A stretch of DNA of 64,000 nt from an uncultured Weeksellaceae bacterium (lineage in GTDB: Bacteria; Bacteroidota; Bacteroidia; Flavobacteriales_D; UBA2798). This document shows positions 1-10,144 of this stretch, one piece after another; position 1 is the first letter of the stretch; every line of letters starts with the position of its first letter. The translations under genes were made by a program, and so were the position numbers. The notes under the pieces are model-generated. The model saw nothing but the letters and a program-made list of their open reading frames with translations, was not told where the DNA came from and searched no databases. Location: positions 2,920-66,919 of the forward strand of contig CAYWRZ010000004.1 of assembly GCA_964460845.1 (NCBI GenBank), given 5' to 3'.

Positions 1-380
1 ATGCCGGCGATGCCGAAAAAATCAGGCTCCACACCTTTCATCATCGCGTGTACAAAACGGTCGCGGTGACGCACAATGCAGATTTCTTCTACAATTTCGG
101 AATACAGCGCTACGCCCGGTATGGCTGTAATTTCTTCGTGCGGAAAAGTAGCCGAATCAAAGCTTTTGCCCGTAGCGGGAGTGATACGGATGTCGGCATC
201 AAAACGGCTGCTCAGGGTGTTGACCAGCGCTTCGAGTCCGTTAATGGCCGAAAGGATAATGATCATAGCACTTACGCTCAGGGCAATTCCCGCCACCGAA
301 ATCCCCGAAATGAGGTTGATGACATGGTGCGATTTCTTCGAAAAGAGATAGCGGCGTGCGATGAAAACGGCGGTCTTCAA
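1..380 (-). CDS. LolC/LolE (FtsX-like) ABC transporter permease, N-terminal part, runs off the left edge
   Basis: Translated by hand from TTG at 380: MKTAVFIARRYLFSKKSHHVINLISGISVAGIALSVSAMIIILSAINGLE..., the typical LolC/E N-terminus. Absent from the ORF track because it is open at the edge. Confidence 0.85.
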   Translation of the reverse strand, partial: MKTAVFIARRYLFSKKSHHVINLISGISVAGIALSVSAMIIILSAINGLEALVNTLSSRFDADIRITPATGKSFDSATFPHEEITAIPGVALYSEIVEEICIVRHRDRFVHAMMKGVEPDFFGIAG

Positions 381-413
381 AAGGTAAAATGCTGGTGCCG
401 AAAGATAGGGATT

Positions 414-1232
414 TTACCGGCTTTCGCGTACGGCTTTTACAATAAGTCCGTTGCCGCTGCGGTGCGGACTGAGGCTGTCCATAGAATACAAAATAAGGAT
501 CGGTACGATCAGCAGCAGGAAATAAAAAGGCAGCAGAATAAGAAAAAGCCGGCTTATTCGCAGCAGTTGGGCAGGCCATTTGATCGCCATTTTCCATCCA
601 GCTTTGCCCGGAATACCGTGCGAATAGTGCATTTTGATTTTGGAAAACCCTGCGGTTTTGAGCTTTTCGCGCAGTTCCGGAATGCGGTATCCTTCGCGCA
701 GCGGTTCTCCGGCGAAGGTATTGTGGTGATTTTTCCAAAGCTTGTCGCTATCGCTGTATTCGGAAGGCACCGAAAGAATAAGCGTACCGCCCGGACGTAA
801 GGAAAAGAGGAAGTTATCAAGTGCTTTACGGTCGTCTGAAAGGTATTCCAGCACGTCCACCGCAAGTATCAGGTCGAAAGCTTTTTCCTCTCTGAAATCG
901 AGCAGGTTGGCTCTGCGGAAAAAGACCCTTGTTTTGCCGATAGTTCTGAAAAACTCGTTACAGTCGGCGATGTATTGTGTTTTGGTATCGATACCCAAAA
1001 TGTTCCATTTGCTGTGCAGCTTACTCAGGTAATAGGCATATTGCCCGAATCCTGAGCCCGCGTCGAGGATATGTGCGTTGTAAGGCGCGTGCCGTTTCCA
1101 CTTGCGTACTTCCCGTTTGATGTGCCAGGTGCGCAGCAACAAAATATCGAGAATACGGTAAAACAGCTTACGCGACCAAATCGAGTGGTTGAAGAGTCGG
1201 CCGAGCGAATCTTTTACCGCACTGTAGTACAT
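414..1232 (-). CDS. Class I SAM-dependent methyltransferase
   Basis: ILDAGSGFG motif I, GID, LAVDVLEY, LRPGG. ATG at 1232 chosen because the longer ORF overlaps rbfA. Confidence 0.85.
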   Translation of the reverse strand: MYYSAVKDSLGRLFNHSIWSRKLFYRILDILLLRTWHIKREVRKWKRHAPYNAHILDAGSGFGQYAYYLSKLHSKWNILGIDTKTQYIADCNEFFRTIGKTRVFFRRANLLDFREEKAFDLILAVDVLEYLSDDRKALDNFLFSLRPGGTLILSVPSEYSDSDKLWKNHHNTFAGEPLREGYRIPELREKLKTAGFSKIKMHYSHGIPGKAGWKMAIKWPAQLLRISRLFLILLPFYFLLLIVPILILYSMDSLSPHRSGNGLIVKAVRESR

Positions 1233-1239
1233 GGTTTTT

Positions 1240-1578
1240 TCAGGGTTTGAGCAACTGTCCGATTTGCTCGGCATAGTCGATCGAATCGTCGAAATAGAAG
1301 ATAAGCTCCGGTACCACACGCAGTTGTTTACCTACCTGTTGGCCGAGTTTGTAGCGTATTTCCCTCGATTGCGACTCGATAAAACGGAAAATTTCTTCCC
1401 GGTCTTTTGTGCCGTAGATGCTGAGGTAAGTTTTTGCCACGGCCAAATCGGGCGATACCCTGACTACGGTCACGGTGATCATCGCCCCGCCGAAATAGGT
1501 ACGGCTTTCGCGCTGGAAGAAATTGCCGAGCTCTTTTTGGAGCAGGGCGGCCACTTTTTGCTGGCGGATAGTACTCAT
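1240..1578 (-). CDS. rbfA: Ribosome-binding factor A
   Basis: RQQKVAALLQKEL, ITVTVVRVSPDLAVAKTYLS, LRVVPELIFYFDDS. Start at MSTIRQ, just after a TACCTTTG element. Confidence 0.97.
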   Translation of the reverse strand: MSTIRQQKVAALLQKELGNFFQRESRTYFGGAMITVTVVRVSPDLAVAKTYLSIYGTKDREEIFRFIESQSREIRYKLGQQVGKQLRVVPELIFYFDDSIDYAEQIGQLLKP

Positions 1579-1587
1579 AATAGGGTA

Positions 1588-1595
1588 CAAAGGTA
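1588..1595 (-). promoter_or_regulatory. Bacteroidota sigmaA -7 element (TAnnTTTG) for rbfA operon
   Basis: TACCTTTG on the minus strand, 10 bp before the rbfA ATG. Confidence 0.65.
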
Positions 1596-1632
1596 TGTTT
1601 TTTTAAGCTGATTTATCCATTACCTTTACCGC

Positions 1633-3480
1633 ATGAAAAGTTTTTTCATCGCCTTGCGGTATGCGGCAGAGTACCGTTTTTATGCTTCGCTCAATATCCT
1701 GTTCAATATCCTTTCGGCGCTTTTTAACCTGTTTACGCTGCTGCTTTTTATTCCTTTTCTACGCCTTATTTTTCGCGAAGGCGAAGTACAAATGACCGGC
1801 GCTCCGGTATGGGACACTTCCGAAGGCTGGCTCCACGGTGTAAAAACGTATGCTTCGGCTTATACCGATTATCAGATGCTGACCTGGATTTCCGAATCGG
1901 GTAAAGCCGGTGCCTTGCTGCACATCTGTTTGGTAATATTGGTACTGTTTTTTCTCAAAAACCTGACGCGTTACCTGGCCATGTACTACCTGGCGGTGAT
2001 CCGCAACGGGGTAGTGCGCAGCTTGCGCCGTAATATGTTTGTCAAATTGGTGGCGCTGCCACTGGGCTATTATACCGAAGAACGTAAAGGCGATCTGCTT
2101 TCGCGCATTACTAACGATGTGTATGAGGTAGAGCTGTCCATTATGAGCACGCTTGAACTTATTTTCAGAGAGCCGTTTACCATCTTTATTTTCCTGATTT
2201 CGATGATAGTGATCAGTCCGTCGCTGACCCTTATCTCTTTGTTATTGCTGCCATTGAGCGCGCTGGTGATAGGCCGGGTAGGGAAGAGCCTCAAGCGTAC
2301 CTCGGTGAAAGGACAGGCCCGTATGGGCGAGCTGGTATCGGCTATCGAAGAAGCGATTTCGGGCTTGCGTATCGTCAAAGCCTTTACCGCCGAAAAAGCC
2401 GTGCAGGAAAAATTCGATTCGCTCAACGAAGATTATAATCGCCTGTCGGTGCGCTTGTACCGCAAGCGTGATTTGGCCTCGCCCCTGAGCGAGTTTCTGG
2501 GTTCATGCGTCATGATAGCGCTGGTTTGGATAGGGGGTAAAATGATTCTTTCCGAAGAAGAGACGGGACTTAACGGCGAAGCCTTTATCGGGTTTATTAT
2601 TGTATTCAGCCAGTTGCTGCGTCCCATTCAGGGTATTGCTTCGGCGTATTCCAATATTCACCGCGGAATGGCTTCCGTAGCGCGTATCAATGAGGTGCTC
2701 GATGCTTCGGAGCGTATCGTAGAAAAACCTTCGGCGGTGGCAGTGAATGATTTTCAGGAAGCCATAGAGTTCAGGGAAGTGGATTTTTCTTACGTAGCTG
2801 CACCGGTGTTGCAACAGGTAAGCTTTCGACTCGAAAAAGGGAAAACCATTGCGTTAGTCGGCGCTTCGGGTTCGGGTAAATCGACCATCGCCGATTTGGT
2901 GCCGCGTTTTTACGATGTAAAAGCCGGCGCTATTTTGCTCGACGGAGTCGATATACGTGATTGTCGCATACGCGATTTGCGTTCGCAAATGGCTATGGTG
3001 TCGCAAGAGTCGATCCTTTTTAACGATACCGTGCTGCACAACATCGCATTGGGCGATCCCTCGCCCGACGAGGCCCGTGTGAAGGAAGCGGCCGTGATTG
3101 CCAACGCGCACGAGTTTATCGAAAAATTGCCCGAAGGCTATCACAGCAGCATCGGCGACCGGGGTAGCCGGCTTTCGGGCGGACAACGCCAGCGTCTGGC
3201 CATCGCGCGTGCCGTTTATAAAAATCCACCGCTGCTTATTCTCGACGAAGCGACTTCGGCACTCGATACCGAATCGGAACGCCTGGTGCAGGAAGCCCTC
3301 AACAATCTGATGAAAAACCGCACCACCTTAGTAATAGCCCACCGTCTTTCGACCATCCAGCATGCCGACGAGATACTCGTGTTGCAGGAAGGGCGTATAG
3401 TAGAACGGGGCACCCATCAGGATTTATATGCCCGTGCGGGGGTATATCGCAGGCTTTGCGATATGCAGTCGTTTGTGTAA
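1633..3480 (+). CDS. MsbA-like ABC exporter (fused permease + ATPase)
   Basis: N-terminal TM helices, Walker A GASGSGKS, LSGGQRQR signature, LILDEATSALD, IAHRLST. Confidence 0.92.
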   Translation: MKSFFIALRYAAEYRFYASLNILFNILSALFNLFTLLLFIPFLRLIFREGEVQMTGAPVWDTSEGWLHGVKTYASAYTDYQMLTWISESGKAGALLHICLVILVLFFLKNLTRYLAMYYLAVIRNGVVRSLRRNMFVKLVALPLGYYTEERKGDLLSRITNDVYEVELSIMSTLELIFREPFTIFIFLISMIVISPSLTLISLLLLPLSALVIGRVGKSLKRTSVKGQARMGELVSAIEEAISGLRIVKAFTAEKAVQEKFDSLNEDYNRLSVRLYRKRDLASPLSEFLGSCVMIALVWIGGKMILSEEETGLNGEAFIGFIIVFSQLLRPIQGIASAYSNIHRGMASVARINEVLDASERIVEKPSAVAVNDFQEAIEFREVDFSYVAAPVLQQVSFRLEKGKTIALVGASGSGKSTIADLVPRFYDVKAGAILLDGVDIRDCRIRDLRSQMAMVSQESILFNDTVLHNIALGDPSPDEARVKEAAVIANAHEFIEKLPEGYHSSIGDRGSRLSGGQRQRLAIARAVYKNPPLLILDEATSALDTESERLVQEALNNLMKNRTTLVIAHRLSTIQHADEILVLQEGRIVERGTHQDLYARAGVYRRLCDMQSFV

Positions 3481-4071
3481 TCAGTTGCCGCAGTTGCAGC
3501 TCGGGGAGAAATGGATTTTCGTATGCGGAAGCAGCGAGGAGATATATTTCTGCTCTTTTGGATTTAGCTGCACATCTCTCAGGTCGAACACTTTCAGCTT
3601 TTTCAGGTTTTTCAGCTCTTCGGGGAAGCTCCACAAATCGTTGCTCCACATATCGAGGTGGGTCAGCTCACTCAGTTGACCGAATTCTTTGGGGATGCTT
3701 TCGATGTGATTTTGGCTGAGAATCAGCGTGTGTAGTTTTGAAAGACGGCCGATACCGCTCGGTACCCGCAGCAATTTATTGCGCGATACATTCAGTACGC
3801 GCAGCTCTTTTAGCCCACTGATGCTTTCGGGCAGTTCGATCAGCCTGTTTTTGGAGAGATCGAGCTCGCGCAGGTTTGTAAATTGTAAAATGGCTTCCGG
3901 GAAGCTGTCGAGCTTTTGTTTGGAAAGTTTGAGCCGATAAACCTGATCGGGTTGGAGCAGGGCGGCTTCGAGCGAGGTGAACAGGCGGCTGGTATCGGCT
4001 TCTTGTGCCCGTAAAGGGGATGTGCCAAGGCCAATCAGGAAAAGAAAAAGAAGCAGCTTATTCATTTTCAA
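3481..4071 (-). CDS. Secreted leucine-rich repeat protein
   Basis: Signal peptide, then LxxLxLxxN repeats (LRELDLSKNRL, LRVLNVSRNKL, LHTLILSQNHI). Confidence 0.9.
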   Translation of the reverse strand: MKMNKLLLFLFLIGLGTSPLRAQEADTSRLFTSLEAALLQPDQVYRLKLSKQKLDSFPEAILQFTNLRELDLSKNRLIELPESISGLKELRVLNVSRNKLLRVPSGIGRLSKLHTLILSQNHIESIPKEFGQLSELTHLDMWSNDLWSFPEELKNLKKLKVFDLRDVQLNPKEQKYISSLLPHTKIHFSPSCNCGN

Positions 4072-5009
4072 GCTTGTTCGAGAATTTTCAGGGCCAAATG
4101 GCGGTCCGTTTCCAGTCGGGATTTCAGTTCGGCTATGCCCTCAAACTTTTTTTCGTCTCTTATTCGTCCGATAAATTCCAGGCGCAACTCCTGTTCGTAA
4201 ATATCTCCTTCAAAATCAAATAAATGCACTTCTACAGAAGAAGTAGGTGATTTTTCTGCGTTTACCGTAGGTCTTTTCCCGATGTTGAGCATACCGCCTA
4301 ATTGCCGGTCACCCAGTCGGGCGGTAACGGCATATACACCGTCGGCCGGAATCAGCTTATACGGATCATTTACGCGAAGGTTGGCGGTGGGAAATCCGAG
4401 TTGCCGACCTAATTGCTTGCCTTGTACTACAGTGCCCGTCAGTCGATAAGCGTAACCGAGGTAATTGCGGGCGGTTTCTACGTCGCCGGTATGGAGCGCG
4501 TGTCGTATTTTGGTGGAGCTTACTTTCACATCGTCCACTTCTTGCGGCGGAATTTCCTCTACGCCAAACCCGTAAAGAGGAGCCAGTTCTCTCAGTTCGG
4601 CGATAGAGCCTTCGCGGTTGCGGCCGAAATGGTGGTCGTAGCCGATCACAAGCCTGTCGGTATGTAGCTGATTCACAATCACGTCGCGCACAAACTCTAT
4701 GGCTGTAAGCCTTGAAAACTCTCGGTTAAAGGGAAAAACCACCAGGTGGTCAATACCGCTTTCGGAAAGCAATTCGACTTTTTCGGCCTGAGTGGTAAGC
4801 AGCTTCAGGTTGGTATCGTCGGGAAACAGCACCGTCCGCGGATGCGGATGGAAGGTAAAAAGCACGGTTTCGCCTCCGGTTTGCGTGGCTATTTCGCGCA
4901 GGCGGCTAATGATTTTACGGTGGCCGATATGCACCCCGTCGAACGTGCCTGTGGTGAGTACCGGCTGCTTTACCTGCCGGAATGTATCAAGGTGGTTATG
5001 AACCTTCAC
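4068..5009 (-). CDS. ribF: Bifunctional riboflavin kinase / FAD synthetase
   Basis: GTFDGVHIGH, FHPHP, GYDHHFG, VSSTKIR, GRQLGFPTAN, NIGKRPT, EVHLFDF. GTG start at 5009 inferred. Confidence 0.97.
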   Translation of the reverse strand: MKVHNHLDTFRQVKQPVLTTGTFDGVHIGHRKIISRLREIATQTGGETVLFTFHPHPRTVLFPDDTNLKLLTTQAEKVELLSESGIDHLVVFPFNREFSRLTAIEFVRDVIVNQLHTDRLVIGYDHHFGRNREGSIAELRELAPLYGFGVEEIPPQEVDDVKVSSTKIRHALHTGDVETARNYLGYAYRLTGTVVQGKQLGRQLGFPTANLRVNDPYKLIPADGVYAVTARLGDRQLGGMLNIGKRPTVNAEKSPTSSVEVHLFDFEGDIYEQELRLEFIGRIRDEKKFEGIAELKSRLETDRHLALKILEQA

Positions 5010-5111
5010 TGCTTTCTTCCCTTTGGATTTGGCAGGTTCCGCATGGAGGGAGGCTGCCGCCTTCAAAATTAGGAAAATAAATTACGAACAGGAAAGGGTG
5101 TTATTAGGTAA

Positions 5112-6683
<1,572 letters not shown>

Positions 6684-6700
6684 TTTTTAATGTGAAACGG

Positions 6701-6934
6701 ATGCACGTTGAAATTCTCACCCCCGATAAAAACCTGTTTTCAGGCGAAGCCCGCTCCCTGCAATTGCCGGGAAGTGATGGCAAGTTAGGCGTACTCGAAA
6801 ATCACGCTCCGCTTATTACCACACTTCGCAAAGGGGTAATTAAGCTCGATGGCCCCGAAGGCGTACGGCTTTTTGAGGTGAACGGCGGCGTGGTGGAAGT
6901 GCTCCGGAACAAGGTGGTTATTCTGGCAGAATGA
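6701..6934 (+). CDS. atpC: F1F0 ATP synthase epsilon subunit (short form)
   Basis: VEILTPDK, LPGSDGKLGVLENHAPLIT, VNGGVVEV; directly follows atpD. Alternative GTG start at 6692. Confidence 0.95.
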   Translation: MHVEILTPDKNLFSGEARSLQLPGSDGKLGVLENHAPLITTLRKGVIKLDGPEGVRLFEVNGGVVEVLRNKVVILAE

Positions 6935-6958
6935 TTCAGTAAACACATTTAATTCTCC

Positions 6959-6990
6959 AAAACCCCGAACAATTGTCCGGGGTTTTTTAT
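6959..6990 (+). terminator. Intrinsic terminator after atpC
   Basis: Stem AAAACCCCG / CGGGGTTTT followed by a T-run. Confidence 0.8.
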
Positions 6991-7018
6991 TTTAGCTGAA
7001 AATCTAAATGTTATCCCG

Positions 7019-7831
7019 ATGAAAAAGTATATACTCCCGGGGCTGCTTTCTGCATTCTGGCTCTCTTGCGGCGATGCCGGTACCGTTCAGAAAGAGATAG
7101 TAGTGGAAAAGGATACGGTGCTGGTTACCGAAACTGCACCGAAAGATTCCTTCTTAGTGTTCGGGCATCTTGAGTTTCCTTCGGAAGACGGCTTGCTGAT
7201 GACCGCTAACAGCTACGAGATAATCCCTTCCGACCAATACATAGTGCTTTGCCACCAGGCCAATTCGAGCCGTGGCGAATACAAAGAAATAGCACGCATA
7301 CTCAATCAGGCGGGTTATAACTGTATGGCTATCGATCAGCGTTCGGGTGGCGAGTCGAATCACATGGTGAACGAAACGGCTTTGCAGGCGCGTCAGAAAA
7401 ATCTGCCCGTAGCTTACACCGATGCCGAGCAGGATATTTTGGCTGCGATCGATTACCTGTATTCCAAAACAAACCGTAAAGTGATTTTGTTAGGCAGCTC
7501 TTATTCGGCTTCGCTGGCGCTGAAAGTGGGTAAAAGCAACGAAAAGGTGGAAGCCGTGGTCGCTTTTAGTCCTTCGGAATGCCTTAACGGCTTTAAGCTC
7601 CGTGAGCATATTACCGGTTTCGATAAGCCTGTATTTGTGAGCTCTTCCAGGAAAGAAGCGAAAGAAGTGGTTGATTTGGTAAGCGGAATCAAACCCGAAG
7701 CGCGCGAAATTTTTGTACCGGTATCGGAAGGTGCGCACGGAGCCAGCGCACTTTGGTCTTCTACATCCGGACACCAGGAATATTGGACGGCGCTCAAAGA
7801 CTTTTTGGCCCGCTTGCGGAAACCGGCTTAA
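7019..7831 (+). CDS. Alpha/beta hydrolase lipoprotein
   Basis: Lipobox-like WLSC, AIDQRSGG, nucleophile elbow LLGSSYS, C-terminal GAHGA. Confidence 0.75.
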   Translation: MKKYILPGLLSAFWLSCGDAGTVQKEIVVEKDTVLVTETAPKDSFLVFGHLEFPSEDGLLMTANSYEIIPSDQYIVLCHQANSSRGEYKEIARILNQAGYNCMAIDQRSGGESNHMVNETALQARQKNLPVAYTDAEQDILAAIDYLYSKTNRKVILLGSSYSASLALKVGKSNEKVEAVVAFSPSECLNGFKLREHITGFDKPVFVSSSRKEAKEVVDLVSGIKPEAREIFVPVSEGAHGASALWSSTSGHQEYWTALKDFLARLRKPA

Positions 7832-8532
7832 CCGACGTTTTCGCTACGCGGCTTTCCGGCTATAAATTCTTTCAGGTACAAAGGTTCGAAATAGGCGAGG
7901 TTTTCCACTTCTCCGGCATTCAGCTTCTTTTCGGCCTGTGCGGCCATGGCTTCGGCAGCGGGATGTATATTCGCTATAAAACGCGCATTGGCTGAACGGC
8001 TCAAAAGGCTTTGGGCTTTTTCCATACCATCTCCGAAAAACCATACCTCCTGTGCAGACAGGTATTCGCTAAAGCTGTTTTCGGCTAAAATATGCGGAGC
8101 GACCGACTCTATTTCCCGCAGAGAAGGATCGAACAAAGCGGTATAGACTTCCATGCGTCGGGCGTCCATCAGCGGACAGAGCAGAAAATTACCGACCGGA
8201 GACGTTATTTCCGACAGGGCGCGAGCGGCCATGATCCACAAGGTGTCGATAGCAATCAGCGGAATACCGAGCGCGTAACACAATCCTTTGGCACTGCTTA
8301 CCCCTATCCGAAGGCCCGTATAAGAGCCGGGACCACGGCTTACTGCTACCGCATCCAGTTGTGAGAAAGCAGCGTTTGCCTCTTTCATCACTGTTTCTAT
8401 AAGCGGGTTGAGGTTTTCGGCGTGGGTATAGTGTGCATCGAGCCTGAACCGCGTGGCTTTCACCTTTCCCGCTTCGCAAAGTGCGACCGAGCAGGCCCGG
8501 GTAGAAGTTTCTATACAGAGGATAAGCGCCAT
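7828..8532 (-). CDS. tsaB: tRNA threonylcarbamoyladenosine biosynthesis protein TsaB
   Basis: LCIETST, HAENL, GPGSYTGLRIG, DARRMEVY, FEPLYLK. Confidence 0.96.
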   Translation of the reverse strand: MALILCIETSTRACSVALCEAGKVKATRFRLDAHYTHAENLNPLIETVMKEANAAFSQLDAVAVSRGPGSYTGLRIGVSSAKGLCYALGIPLIAIDTLWIMAARALSEITSPVGNFLLCPLMDARRMEVYTALFDPSLREIESVAPHILAENSFSEYLSAQEVWFFGDGMEKAQSLLSRSANARFIANIHPAAEAMAAQAEKKLNAGEVENLAYFEPLYLKEFIAGKPRSENVG

Positions 8533-8652
8533 TTTTCCGTAAAACTTACTGCAAATATGCGTTTAAAATCTTATTGGAAGAATGAACGACATGTACTATA
8601 TTTATAGGCAACCTTAGGGAGTTGTGACAGTCTTTACCTCAAAGTCTTTTTT

Positions 8653-9174
8653 TTGGATACAATAAGTTACATTGAAGAGTTATTTCTCGAAGCCGATCGG
8701 GCGCTTGATGAGGGCAATTTAGCCGAAGGCAAACGCCTGTTGAACGAAATTCTCCATGAGGAGCCTTCTTTTGGCAAGGCGCATAATCACATGGGTTGGA
8801 TATACAAAACCAAGTACCAGGATTATGAGGTAGCGGAGAAACATTTCAAGCTCTCGCTCAAATTCGATCCTTCTTATCCGCCGGCTTATCTTAATTACGC
8901 GTATATGCTCCGCGATTTGGGGCGGCTCGATGAGCTGGAAGCGCTACTGGAGCGAGCTATAAAAGTAAAATCGACTAACAAATGCGCCTTGCACGACGAA
9001 TTCGGTTCGCTGTACGAGCTGCGGGGCGAATACCGTAAAGCTATCCGCTCTTACAAAAAGTCGATCAGCCTTTGCCTCAACGACAAGGTTATCGAAGAGC
9101 TACGTGGCCATATTAGCCGTTGCCGCCGTAAGGGCGGAGTGTTAAGCCGTATAAGCGGTTTCTTCGGCGCTTGA
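8653..9174 (+). CDS. TPR repeat protein
   Basis: TPR pattern GKAHNHMGWIY...AEKHFKLSL, AYLNYA, EFGSLYELRGEYRKAIRSY. TTG start. Confidence 0.75.
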   Translation: MDTISYIEELFLEADRALDEGNLAEGKRLLNEILHEEPSFGKAHNHMGWIYKTKYQDYEVAEKHFKLSLKFDPSYPPAYLNYAYMLRDLGRLDELEALLERAIKVKSTNKCALHDEFGSLYELRGEYRKAIRSYKKSISLCLNDKVIEELRGHISRCRRKGGVLSRISGFFGA

Positions 9175-9516
9175 TCAAACGCCTTCTACCAATTCCAGCG
9201 CACCACCCAGCGTACCCCTTAGAATGAGAGTGCCTTCGGGGAGTGAAGATACATCGGGGAAACCGGCGTATTCGTGTGCGGGTATGCGATCAAAATCATC
9301 TCCTTTCAACAGCTCCGGCTCGGCATCTTTAGGCACCAAAAAAAGGTACAAACAGGGCCAGTCGGGACTATCTTCGGCAGGCGGCGGCGTGTTTAAGGCT
9401 TCGCGATAAGAGCCGGAAAATTGCCGCGAGGAACCTTCAAAAAATATCAGTTTGTAGGCCGAAAGATCGGCCAGGTTCGGCAAATCGATCTGCAATAGGG
9501 ATTCGGCTGATTTCAT
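9175..9516 (-). CDS. Hypothetical protein
   Basis: 113-aa ATG ORF filling the gap, convergent with the TPR gene. No motif recognised. Confidence 0.55.
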   Translation of the reverse strand: MKSAESLLQIDLPNLADLSAYKLIFFEGSSRQFSGSYREALNTPPPAEDSPDWPCLYLFLVPKDAEPELLKGDDFDRIPAHEYAGFPDVSSLPEGTLILRGTLGGALELVEGV

Positions 9517-9670
9517 TTTTTGACAGGATTAAAATGAAACCTTTCGACACGGGGGAAAACGGGGAAAAGTAAAAGCTGAAACAGCTTGTCCGCGAGGTGT
9601 TGCGGAACCACATCAACATTCATACACAATTCGGTTACAGAAGTAAATTAAAAAGAGCAAATAGGCATTG

Positions 9671-10075
9671 TCAGGCGCTATGCTCGGGCGGAGGGATAAT
9701 TACTTCTGTAGCGGGAGTGGAATAAAACCGGTCGGTAAAAGCGGCCAATGAAAGTGCCCGCCAGGCAGGTGGCCAGCACCATGCGCACGATGTAGAGGTG
9801 TATTCGATCAAACGGCATTCGGGCAGGTGATCTTCTTCGGCAAATGGAGCGGGCGACTCCGGATAGGTATCGGCTGCATTTTCGTCTTCAAGGCCGAGTA
9901 AGAGTCCCGCTACGGTTTGTACCTGACGCTCTTTGCCATTGAAACTGAAAGCGGAAGCAGGATAAACGCTGATGCTGCAATTGACGACAAGCAGCAGGAA
10001 AAACACCGCCCAAAAGCGGTCAGTAGCAATATTTGTAGCGAACCTCAGCAAAAGCAGATGTAAAAATACGCTCAA
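9671..10075 (-). CDS. Hypothetical membrane-anchored protein with CxxC and C-terminal PPP
   Basis: Hydrophobic N-terminal segment, CAWC, ends EVIIPPPEHSA. Start codon uncertain. Confidence 0.55.
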   Translation of the reverse strand: MSVFLHLLLLRFATNIATDRFWAVFFLLLVVNCSISVYPASAFSFNGKERQVQTVAGLLLGLEDENAADTYPESPAPFAEEDHLPECRLIEYTSTSCAWCWPPAWRALSLAAFTDRFYSTPATEVIIPPPEHSA

Positions 10076-10144
10076 AGTTAATAAGCGATTTTAATCTGTG
10101 ATGTTAAAAAATGTAAAATTTTTTACGGCGATGTCCTTTTTTTA

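Noticed and set aside
48-800. 250-aa plus-strand ORF at the window start
   Set aside because: Antisense to the LolC/E-like permease and the methyltransferase, both of which have clear family motifs.
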